A stretch of 63,983 bases of DNA, the filler included, from Welwitschia mirabilis (taxonomy: Eukaryota), in NCBI GenBank assembly GCA_051453625.1. It is 5 parts of one record of this genome, joined end to end, with 100 filler letters (N's around TTAATTAATTAA, not from the genome) between each part and the next. Parts side by side here need not be neighbours in the genome. Positions count along the whole stretch, not along the records: positions 50,661 to 62,655 come from JBOZIK010000001.1; positions 62,756 to 63,983 come from JBOZIK010000001.1; 3 more parts are not named here. One strand, 5' to 3'. Each line of letters begins with the position of its first letter. Position 1 is the first letter of the stretch. Shown here piece after piece: positions 53,058-63,983 of this stretch. Made by a program: the position numbers and the translations under genes. Below the pieces are notes generated by a model. It was given only the letters and a program-made list of their open reading frames with translations, was not told the origin of the DNA and searched no databases.

Positions 53058-53427
53058 AAGATTTATTTAAGAACAACATATAAATCACAATTTGAGGTAT
53101 GATTCCATATGCTTCCTAAAACTATCGGTTCAAAGCATTGTGATTCACTAGTAACCTGCAACTGTAGATTCAAGTGAATACCCAGAGAAGCAGACTTTCA
53201 TACATACAAGCATACAAGTAGCATTGTCCTTTATTTCATTTTGGAAGAAACCTGACTGTATAGCTCAAGGGGGAGTTCTCGTTGTGCTTCCTTGGCCATC
53301 TAAAAATTATAGTTTAATGTTTGTAATTATTCGAAGTTTTCTGCCAATGGAAATTTGTCAATGGGTCATGCTTTTATTATGAAGTTTATGGGTATTGAGA
53401 TTTAAGGAGCTCAGTTTGTTAATCCAG

Positions 53428-53568
53428 GAATTCAAGAAGGCACAAAAACCTGATGTCTTAAGAATGCAACAGCCTGTTTATAATGAGATCTCACAATCAT
53501 TACTTGGACGATATAATATAAATTTCACAAAAGAGGATGTGGCATCTCTCTGGTTTCTTTGTAAGCAG
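53428..53568 (+). CDS. MINPP1-like phosphatase, downstream exon (EFKKAQKPDVLRMQQPVYNEISQSLLGRYNINFTKEDVASLWFLCKQ)
   Basis: cag|...cag|gtaacc, 141 nt, phase 0; FTxxDxxSLWFLCKQ is conserved in plant MINPP1. Confidence 0.93.
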
Positions 53569-54419
53569 GTAACCTACTATGTGATGTTTCCTTCCAACTT
53601 TTTTATCAATTTTAATATGTATACATTTCATACTTTATATGTATGCAAATTCAACAATGTTATGTTTTCAAAAAGTGACATGCCTTTATCCACACATAAT
53701 GAACAAATAAAAAATAGAATCTAAATGCAAAAGCAAAGTTTAATTCAGAACATGGAGAGAGATGAATTTATTAATTCGATGCAAGAAAGATAGAGAATGG
53801 ATACCAATTTCAATTTCCTAATTTTGAATGTAACTTTTTTTTTCTTGGTGTAATATCTTAGTCTAAGAAATAATTATTAGTGAAAATGTTGGATCAAACT
53901 TTCATTTTGATGGGCATGTCCAATGAAAGTCTGGTCTGCCTGATTGATATGTAAATGACATTACGAAAAATTATTGGGATGTATTTATGTAAGCACACAC
54001 ATTCCTATCCTTATGATCAATATTTCTTGTCAATCACATGTATGACTATGTTCTGGGATCCTAACTCAAAACCAACACAACCCAATCAATTGTATTTGCA
54101 TATAGAATAAAAGATAAGGATAAGAAAGAAATTTCTAGGGTTACAAATTAGTACAATAAGCAAAAATGGGATAACATTGGCACATAGCACATTGATGGGT
54201 GCTTTTTTCTGTTTTTTTTGGAGAAATGGTACACACACACACATATATATATATTGAAAGGTAAAGATCATGAGAAGATTACAACATCATTTATAAGCTA
54301 TTTTTCTAGGCTCTATAGAAGTTGCACTAGTAATCAAATCCCCAAACACCTGCATCTAATTTAGTTAGCCCCTGATCCCTATTCCATTCTAATATTGGCT
54401 CTAAAGTAACATACCACAA

Positions 54420-55620
54420 TGCATTTACAACAAAGCGGTATTCAGTTGGAGCAAATTTAGGAGGAGAAATTTGAGCAAATGCATTGACATTGATAGGTTC
54501 AATTTCTTCTTCTTTCTCTTGTTGCAGCTAATCTGTTTCCTGCGTTTTGGATTGATAATCTTGTTTTGGTTCTTTTGGCATGTAGTCGGTGCGCTTAGGC
54601 CTAGGCTTCTTATCACTCTGATTATATTTTGGATACTGCCATAACAAAGGTTCTTGAATAGGCCCTCTTGGGATATCTTGCCGAGCTAAAACTCCTGCAT
54701 CTACGTGAAGCTTTTTTTTGATAAAGAAGCCAAATTAAGCATTTATCCCTTACCTTGCAGTTTTGCAGGGAGTAGTGAAGTGAATCTGAAGGGAAAAAAG
54801 GAAGTTATCTGGAATTCTCCTATCATGGCATCGAGAAAGTGGAAATGCAACTCATTGATTTTGTCAAAATGCCTTTACAAGGTGAAATACTTGATGATTA
54901 GAGCTCCCTAGGAATCAGATGACCTTAGAAGATCTTTCCTCCTGTAGCTCCCTACTCTTTTCCTCAAAATTTCTGTATCAGATTTTGAAACTGAGGCACT
55001 ATGGAGGCTTTAGGAGCACCCTTTTTAGTTCTATACCCTGCGGGCCTGTGTGGATAGCATTACTAATTGAAGGAATGTCAACAAAAATGATAGTGTTGCC
55101 TATTCTCGAAGATTTATCATTTCAGTTCCTGAAGAACTCCTTTGAAAGATCCAGATCATGGCCCCTGAGGCTTAACACATAAGAGTCCCATCCTGCAGCT
55201 TGGAAGGTCTCCAAAGTCTGATCATGGTTCAACAGTGCATTGTGCTTGGCCGATTTAGTTCTCTGAGCCTTCCTCATGTCTTCTGGCACTTTAAGGATGT
55301 TGTCTTTGCAAGTTTCTATTTGGGGCGGTTACAACGCTCTTGTGGCGCCTGGTTCAAATGCTTCGTGTTACACTTCTGTCTGCAACTCAAAACCAGGTTT
55401 GTTGGCAGGGTTTGTATGAACTCCCCTTTTATTGCTCTAGATCTCATCTAGTTCTTTTGAATCTCAACTTTGTGAGAGAGATTTTTTTTTCATGCTGAAA
55501 AGCAATGTTGCACCTATGCTTCCATAATTACCAAGCTCCAATGATGATGGTATTTTCTTTTCTGAAAGAGCTGAAGTTGTCCAAACTAAAATTTGGAGGG
55601 GGAGATATGTTTAGGGTGCC
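54420..55620 (-). mobile_element. Decayed 'plant transposon protein'-like ORF, probably the antisense ORF near the 3' end of a + strand Gypsy-like element
   Basis: Minus frames give TFQAAGWDSYVLSLRGHDLDLSKEFFRN... and ALIIKYFTL*RHFDKINELHFHFLDAM; PPT-like ggagggggaga followed by tgtt on + at ~55595-55612. Confidence 0.55.
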
Positions 55621-56811
55621 CCAAAGCTCTTTTGCGAAAGTACATTAGATGAATAAATGATGTTGAGTCTCATTATCTTCATGACACATGGCACATGGCA
55701 CATGGCACAATGCACAATCCTGATCTATTTTGAAGTTCCTCTGAATGAGCTTATATTCTATAGGAATGCATCCTTTTAGCATATACCACCAAAACATCTT
55801 GATTTTCTCGGGATTAGCAAGCTTCTATAACTTCTTACATCTGTCATAGTACTCAAAAAGATTGTGATACATTTCAGAGATGCTTATTTTAACATTTTGA
55901 ATGGAAGGTTTTGGTTTTCAGAAATCTACGTCGAAATTTCCCTTGTGGAATGGATCATTTGCCTCCAAAATATGGAGTGTCTATCCTTATCTTTGTAATC
56001 TTCCTTAAAAAAATTTATCTAAGAAATGTTATTTTCCAAATAAAATCTACAATAATGCTTTGCTAAAATGCAGTTTGTTACATGTAAAATTATTCTCACA
56101 CCAAGACCCTCTACTTTCTTTCGCATGGCAATTTGATCAAAATTAATAAGATGGAGTGTTTTGTGGGATTTTCCACCGACCAGATGAAGTCTCCAATTAA
56201 ATTGTCAATCATGCTTTCGCAACCTTATTTGTGCTTTCATGTTTGTAAGTAACTTGCACCACAAATTCCACATGCAAGCATTCTATACTGCAATTTACTA
56301 GTTAGTCTCTGAGAAAACATATTGTCTTTAAGCAAATCACTAAGGTGAGTACATGACATGCATCTTAAATTAATCTCAAAACTATTGATGTATATGAGCA
56401 TCAATTGCCTATCACTCATATTTGTAAAGAAAAAAAATGTTATTGAACATGCAAACATCTAGCACACATAAAATCATATCATATTAGTCAAACTACAAAG
56501 ATATTAACTATTGTTTGAGCACATATTCTACCCCTTTGTCATCATTGAAAGATAACAATAGCTAGGAGAGAAACAAGAAAAACAAGGACATAGACACTAA
56601 TGGAAGTATCAAAAATAAATTGCCCTTAATGAAAATAGAAACCATATTAAAGCATTATATTGAAATCAGAATGTGCCATTACAAGCCAAACATTGGAGGT
56701 TATTTAAACAAAGTTTAACGATAAGCAAAACATAAGATCTACAAGTTAAGAAACAAGATAGTCGAAAAGGAGATGCGATAAAAAAATGGGGGTAATAGAA
56801 GAGGAGAGGAA

Positions 56812-58290
56812 TCAGGGGCTTGAAGGAGTTGGACTTGGTCCATCTTCATCTTCTGAACTTAGAGGTATATCAAACCTGTGAGCAGCTAAACCAAAAATTG
56901 GCTTGTCAATCCTTTTCTCGATTCTAGTTAGACTCTGCAGGATTGCTTCATTTGAATAAGAGACAAAGCTAGACCCTTCTTTTGGACGCCTCCTTTGGGC
57001 AGGGGCTGGAGGAGCAGCTAAACTAAAAACTAGCTTGTCAATCTTTTTCTCAATTCTAGTCAAACTTTGCAAGATTGTTTCATTTGAACCAGAGACAACA
57101 TTAGAACCTTTTTTTGGATGCCTCCTTTTGGCAGGAGCTAGAGGAGTAGTTGGCTGTTCCTCTTCTGAAAATATGTTCATCTTTTTGAGTAAGGACATAG
57201 TCAATGGCTTAGATATTTTAAGTAATTCTTCATCCTGTTCCATTTGAATACTCTTATCCTCTAATAATGCTGTGAATAAACCATTGTTGCAAGACTCAGA
57301 CTTGCCACTCGACTCGGCGAGGGGAAAAAACTCGTGACTTGACTTGACTCAGGAGTAGACTCAGCACAGGCTCGAGAGTCAAAAAGAGTCATTAGAGAGT
57401 TTCGTGTACAGACTCGTTGAGACTCGCCAAAACTCGCCAGGACTCACCAAGATTTGTTGAGACTCGCGAGTTTTGGGACCTAACTGAGACTCGGCGAGTT
57501 TCTGCCCACCTGACTCGCAAGTTCAAAAAAACTCAGACTCGGAGAGTACTCGTTTTGACCTGGAGAGTCTTGCAACAGTGGAGTAAACCCCCAAATGGAA
57601 GGCTGCTGTTGGCTGCAGTGAAGAATTGTCCAATATAATACACATTATATTCACTTAGATTGATGTGAACTCCTCCTTGGCAGTACCTGATGCAAGCACA
57701 TAGGGGTGAGACTTCATCTTTACAGCCCAACTTCGGAAATGAATTATGAGTGCAGATCCAAAAAATGACTTGATAGAAAGGCTTCAATTGTTTTGTGGGT
57801 ACATTAGATTGTTGATTAAAAGTCTTCCCACATAATGCTAATGTCAATGTTTCTTTGCGTACTAGTTGTTCTAATGTAGCAACCGAGTTTATGGTAGAGT
57901 GGGACCCTGCCTCTGAAAGCCTAGTGAGGTCGGAAATATCATCCAGGGTAATCTCAATATCCTTACCATAAACCCTAGATGCTAACTTGCAATCAAACAC
58001 ATGAAGGGGCCATTATAATAGAATAAACGTACCATTTTGGCTGAAATGTTTGTCTCTGGTTCCAAAGCATATGTCCATTCAAGTTCCTCAGATTTATGAA
58101 AAATCATGACAGAGTGCCTAAATGGCTCATAAGTAATTTGTATTACAGGTGTTATCGACTTCTTTGGGAAGGAGTTCATCCGATATCTTTTATTGTCATA
58201 TGAGACAAACTAGTTTGTCTTTGAAGAAAATGCTGGTTGTTTCCCTTGTTTTTGTGCTACAAGCTTCAGTCTAACCATTTTCGACAGAGC
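56812..58290 (-). pseudogene. Sirevirus extra ('env-like'/plant transposon protein) ORF, interrupted by a MITE
   Basis: MVRLK...MVRLFYYN...SRVYGKDIEIT...LPFGGL|FTALL...coiled-coil C-terminus with an internal ~44-aa duplication. Confidence 0.75.
57282..57580. mobile_element. hAT-family MITE, 299 bp
   Basis: TIRs cattgttgcaagactc / gagtcttgcaacagtg; 8-bp TSD gaataaac/gagtaaac; many GACTCG subterminal motifs. Confidence 0.92.
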
Positions 58291-60279
58291 AACCCCAAGG
58301 ACACAAGAAAACGCGGAAGAAATGCTTGGAGAACATTGGAGAAGGGCACAAATCTTTGGGAGAAACCAATAAACATGGGAGAGGGCCAAGGAAGAGAAGT
58401 GCATTGAAGTACTGAGAGAAAGGGGAAGAAGCCCTTTTAAAAAAAGAGACGAACAGTAGACCCATGCACGAAGAAGGAGGGTCGGACATTTGAGTTCCAT
58501 GGGTGGGATGTCTAGCTAACAAGGTAGTTTGTAACCAAGACCAAAAAAACAAGTGGGGTGTCCTAGAAAAATATGGGATGTCCGAAAGTTAAAGTTGATC
58601 GAAAAGTTCCCTTAGGAAAGATGGGACGTCTAAATACAAAGTTGGGATATCTGACTTTTAGTTTTCAAATTAAACACAGAGTTGGGACATCCTAGGAAAT
58701 TTGTGGGACCTCCTACTATACAAACCAACTAAAATTCAGCTGGGATGTTCTAATTGCATAGGTGGCACATCCTAGTAGACTTTCAGTTTGACAAATAGTA
58801 GATAATAGACATCTAAGAAAGGTGGGATGTCCTAGAAAGACATTGAAACATCCTAAGGTGGGACGTCCTAGAAAGACATTGAAACATCCTAGAGTTTTAC
58901 TTAGTGATAAACTTGCTTAAGTTGAAATTCAATGTTGGCACAAAGTTAATTTCTCATGGAAATTGTTACATATTTAGTGGGGACACGCCCTAATCCCTAG
59001 ATTCCTTCTCAAGCCTTTTCAAATCTCTCCTTGCTAAGAACCTTGCTTATTATATCTGTAACCTGTTTGTTAGTGGATGTGTAACCTAATTCAACAAATT
59101 TACCTTGGAACTTTGGATAAAATGATGCCTAATGTCAATGTGCTTGGTCCCTGAGTGTTGGATTGGGTTCTTTATGATGTTAATGGCACTAGTGTTGTTG
59201 CAATACATCTTCATAGTGCCTATATGTACTCCAAAGTTAGTTACCATCTACTTCATCCACATTAGTTGACTACAACAAGCACTAATAGCTATGTATTCTA
59301 CCTCTACTATTGATAGAGATGTTGTGTTTTGCTTCCTGCTGAGTCTAGACACTAAGCAATTTCCAATATAAAAGTATGCTTCATTTATAATTTTTTTGTC
59401 ATCTACACAACTTGCCCAATCTACATTACTAACCCTGCGAGATCAAGTGAGGGGCTATATATATATACCAAAGACCAAAACACAGTGTTGAGTCTTAGAT
59501 ATCTCAAAATCCATTTGACACATATTAGATGAGACTCTTTAGGATTAGATTGGTACAAGCACGAATATCTACACTAAATGATATATTTGGCCTACTTGCT
59601 TTCAAGTATAGAAGACTACTAATTATCCCTCTATATAGCTTTTGACCGATTCTCTTGCTTGTCTTGTCTTTGCTTATTCTAACATTTTTCGACATTAGAG
59701 TCTTACTCTTCTTGTAATTGAACATGTCTTATTTCTTCCAAACATCCACAAGGTATTTAGACTGATTAATGAAGATACCTTGTTTCAGCTACTTGGTTTG
59801 GAGTCCTATGGAAAATATTCAATTCTCCCACTAAACTCATTTCAAACTTAGACTGCGTTATCTTGGAAAAGTCATTAACAAGAGATCCATTTGTAGAACA
59901 AAGAGACTCATTTGACTTGACTTAATTCGAGATTTCAATGACCCTGCCCTAGGCTCGCAAAAAATCAAACCCATCTTTTTTCTGTACACGACCAAGTCTT
60001 TTGTCACTTGGTTTGTCTTATCTAGATTTGGTGCCATTTTTTCTAACACATTGTCCAGTCTTGATCTCAATCGCACATCTTGCTTTATTCGATCAAATTC
60101 TTTTCCAAAGCCAAATTGTAGGTTCAATATACGTGCAGCAACATGCAAATCATTTTGCATTTGATTGTCCCATCTGTTACCGATATCAAAAATATAATCA
60201 AATAAGAAGTGAGAAAAATAAAATTGATTAAGACATGAAAATATGAAACATTGACTATATGACTTATGTGCTTCTTACC

Positions 60280-62250
60280 TTTTATATATTTCTTCTAGAA
60301 ATGTTTGCAAATTTGTCAAGAAGACCTCTCTTTGTAAGATAGGAACGACTACCCTCTTTTGCCCTCGACATTGCTGTATACACGCATGCCAAAGGAGGTC
60401 TCTCCCTATCTACCTTCCAAAGAATAAGTATTAATGCTTGTGTCACATACAAAATGTAAAGATATAGATATGTGAACATGGCATTTTAAAATGCAAATCA
60501 AAAAATTAAAGATAATGTATTTGTGAACACAATAACAATGTTCCTTATCTAAAAAACATTTTTCATCTCAGACCAAAATTTGCCGGGAAGACCAGCACAA
60601 TCAAAAACATGTTTGTCATACGAGTAGCCTTAGGAGTACGATGAAGGGAAGAAAATTTCTTATCATTATTTCATAACGGATTATAAAACATCTCCATTAA
60701 TGCTTGCTTCACCTCTTGCATGCTATCTAACAATATGAAATATGTTGCAAAACCTTGTTGCCACTCCTAAGAAGTTCCTTGCCATTAGAGTGCTGATGAA
60801 AAAGATGATGAATGTGGAAGCAGGTGTACACAAATTTCGATACGAATTTTGCCCTTTGCACCACCTAAACAGTAATAGAAGGCAATTTGTCAATCCTCAA
60901 GTCAGATATTATATTATTAATTACATGAGGAAATATCCAGTATAAGAATAACACTGCATCTCAATATTAGAAATAATTAATTAAGTAGCTTCTTAATCCA
61001 ACGCAGTTTTCAAGGTCTTCAAGAAGAAGACCAATGCAGTTTGCTACACAAGGAGTCCAATATAAATTCGGGTAGATAATGCATCAATAATCTACCTGCT
61101 GCCTTACATGCAGATCCATTATTTGCAACAATGTACACAATATAAAATAACTAAGACTAAGTACAAGACTCCAAGTAAGTGTTAGAAGGAGAGACTAAAC
61201 TGAATTAAACAACTTTAACAAATAATTTTACTATTTACCTGGACAACCTTACTAGGTCTGACTTCTTTAATCACTTTTTTGAATTCGTCAAACAGGAAGT
61301 TTGCATTTCTCATCTTGTTTGATGCATCAACAAATTTCAAAATCACTGTTCCTAAAGACGTGCTACCAAACAGTTGACGAGAATTCTCTCTTTTGTCACT
61401 CCAACCATCTGCAAGAATGCGACATCTAGATCTATCCCAAACCACCTTATGCTAGGTTATCATGTTCTCAATATCATGTTTGAATCATCCAACATGGATG
61501 TCTGCATCTCTGTGTATGTGGAAGATTCAGAATAACCTGGTCGACACCCACTGATAGCATCACAAAGCTTCTGAAACATGGAACTCACAAAGGGATGTGA
61601 TGGCAACCCCTGTGAATACCAAAATTGTGCAAGTTTCTTGTGTGCTCTCCTGACAGAGTCCTCCTTAGCATGCATGCTCGTCTCAATTGCCTGCTGAGTA
61701 CCAGGACCATGATGTGGAGGCATTACATCAACAAACTTGCCTCAAATTGGTCGATAACAAGACTCTAATCCTTGAGAAGGTAAGCCAAGTGTGGGACCAG
61801 AAAGTGGAGGATGATTACCACTCTCATGTTGGGCCTAGACAACACTATCCACATCAGGAGGGGAAGAAGAAGCATGTGCCTCTCAATCTATAGTCATGCT
61901 CATATGCTGCCAACCATCAAATGTTCTCTTTCTAACTCTGGACATAGAGGCTCTGTGCTTAGTTGCAGAACTAGATCCAACTCTTGCGGTTTGCCTTTTT
62001 ACTAGAAGATCTATGAGGCTTGCCTTATTTTTTTTTTGCTCCTCTTTGCGGGTTAAATATGTACACATTTCTTCCATTACAACAATGCTAGATAAGTGAG
62101 GGCAAGGCACAATGTCAGGACTAGGCAGTTAGGCAATGTGATATTGTATTCTATTTACACATCCATGATATGTGGCCTCATAGTAATTGCATTTTAGCAA
62201 ATCTGAATTTACAATGTTGCCATGCTGGATCCCTTCTTGCCATTGTTTAA
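60280..62250 (-). pseudogene. Decayed hAT transposase (BED finger plus DUF659-type core), intron-containing
   Basis: ILADGWSD...GTVILKFVDAS...KKVIKEVRPSKVVQV; LAQFWYSQGLP...FQKLCDAI; KCNY BED-like remnant ~62190. Confidence 0.85.
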
Positions 62251-62431
62251 TCACTATACCACGCCCCCCCGCTCCAAAAAAAAAAAAAAAGGAAAGAAAA
62301 AAAGAGGGGAAAAAAAGAAAACCAAAAAGAAAAGAGGAAAAACAGCCTCATGAAAGCAATTTGCTATTTTGCACATGCAATAAGAAACAAGCTAAGGAAG
62401 GGGAAAAACATGAACATGTAAATTGTTGTTA

Positions 62432-62545
62432 GCATGGTTGCCAAACTCGGACTCGGCACCAAACTCATTTGGCTACCCTCAACTCGGACTCGGTTGCCAA
62501 ACTCGACAAAACTCGGCGTAAACTCGGGAAGGCCAATAGAGTTTG
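62432..62545. mobile_element. hAT/MITE terminus with AACTCGG subterminal repeats
   Basis: catggttgccaaactcggactcgg... repeated motif, similar to the other ACTCG MITEs. Confidence 0.65.
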
Positions 62546-62655
62546 GGTTTTCATATACTTTTTGAAAGAAAAAGGAAATTTTATGCATTCAGATAAGGCA
62601 TAGAGCATTTCTAAACATTAGACAAGTGTTGGAATACACCTTATTAAATATTAAT

Positions 62656-62755
62656 NNNNNNNNNNNNNNNNNNNNNNNNNNNNNNNNNNNNNNNNNNNNT
62701 TAATTAATTAANNNNNNNNNNNNNNNNNNNNNNNNNNNNNNNNNNNNNNNNNNNN
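62656..62755. other. Artificial contig spacer
   Basis: N44-TTAATTAATTAA-N44. Confidence 0.95.
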
Positions 62756-62829
62756 AAGGTTAATTAGAGTAATTGAAGTTAGGGTATTATATAATGGTAT
62801 CATAGCATAGATTAACTTATGTCATGTCT

Positions 62830-63460
62830 CTGTTAATTAATTGAAAATAAATTTAATTACATCCATTCTAAAATTAATGGCTAGAAAATAATTAATTATA
62901 TTTATGATAATCCTTACCCCTAAAGTAATTATGAAATTAATTGTCTCATAAGCATCCCAAGTCATAAATAATTATGGAATTAATTATATTTATAGTTATC
63001 TTAATAAAACAATAATTATAAAGTAAATTATACCTATCATAATCCTATTTTGTAATTCATCTTGAAGTTGGTTATATTTAAGTTAATCCCCCTTTCATAC
63101 GAAAAAATGAGATTAATTATATTTATAATAATCCTAATCCTGAAATAATCATGAATTTAATTATATATATGATGGTCGTAAACTTAAATAATAATGAATT
63201 TAATAATGATCCTAGCCCATAAATAATCAACTAAATTACACTCATAATTACCTTAATGGCCATGTAAAAATTAGGTTCATGATAATCTCGGTTACCAAAT
63301 AATTATATCTATAAAAATCATAATGATTAATTAACCATAAAGTTGATTATATCCATGATAATCTTAACTCAAAATAATTATTAAGTTAATTATATCCATG
63401 CTAATTTTAATTTTTAAGTAATCTTAAATAGATAATTAGTTCTTAATTATGTCTTTAAGA
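62830..63460. repeat. Degenerate AT-rich tandem array (~45-50 bp unit)
   Basis: Recurrent taattatat(t/c)atgataatcct...aaataattatgaa motif. Confidence 0.6.
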
Positions 63461-63983
63461 AATCAATTACCTTATGGATAGGGATAATAATCTTTACTTA
63501 TGAAAACCATCATATCATATGATAGCTTATAAATCTTTATTACTTTAAGAAAAGCACAAATGAATATATCATAGGTATATATACCTTTAGTGTATAAATA
63601 TATAAATCAAATTAAATCTTTCTCTACCTTATATTAACTACTTAATGTTATATAATTCTCTCTATGCTATCTAATTCTAGCCCCTACAAGGAAGTTATAA
63701 GTCTAATAGAACAAATCACTTTATGAGTAAAGAAGAGGAATTAATTTGATCATTTAATTTAAATTAATTACATAATGTTCATATGAACTCTAACTTTTAA
63801 TCTAATCTTTATCCTCTTATCAACCAATTTTGATAATACTTTTACTCCTTCTAGATGACTTGTCATTATCAACCAAGTCTTGGAAGCTAGAAGAATCAAC
63901 AAAAAATCAATATCCAAGTCTTTTTGAATTTCATAATATGTAATCTTATACTTCTAAATCATTATGTACTTTAATTCCTAGGA

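Larger units (their letters stand above)
56100..59850 (-). mobile_element. Copia F: 3' half of a Sirevirus-like Copia (RT end, RNase H, repeat array, extra ORF, PPT region)
   Basis: YRGIISSLLYLKASRPNI (59525-59725); RNase H ~59000-59400; gggacgtcc/gggatgtcc tandem array 58540-58890; extra ORF 56812-58290; cccctttgtcatc PPT-like at ~56531. Confidence 0.85.

Noticed and set aside
55761-55810. taggaatgcatccttttagcatatacc as the next phosphatase exon (EASLLNIT...)
   Set aside because: Needs an indel and contains stops; lies in TE-like context; likely chance similarity
58540-58890. CRISPR-like array
   Set aside because: Degenerate, irregular repeats inside a plant retrotransposon; no cas genes; eukaryotic context

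Overview
AT-rich, repeat-dense land-plant genomic DNA, scaffolded from several contigs (four artificial 100-bp N44-TTAATTAATTAA-N44 spacers plus ordinary N gaps). The only host gene recognised is a + strand histidine acid phosphatase of the multiple inositol polyphosphate phosphatase (MINPP1-like) type. Three of its exons are visible (24671-24761, 27178-27477 with the RHGTR motif, 53428-53568), spread over about 29 kb of TE-filled intron. The rest is nested, mostly decayed transposons: two full-length Sirevirus-like Copia elements with an extra post-pol ORF, other Copia and Gypsy remnants, a gag-only non-autonomous LTR element, a 301-bp TRIM, hAT MITEs and a decayed hAT transposase. The most striking observation is two divergent L1-type LINEs, both inserted in the gag-only element. 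Each carries, just before its 3' UTR/poly(A), an extra coding region ending in a DnaJ J-domain (HPD intact in one, decayed in the other) with a shared H-x3-F-x2-CR tail. This suggests a LINE lineage with a third ORF encoding an Hsp70 co-chaperone domain. Family assignments are from motif recognition by eye; no searches were run.
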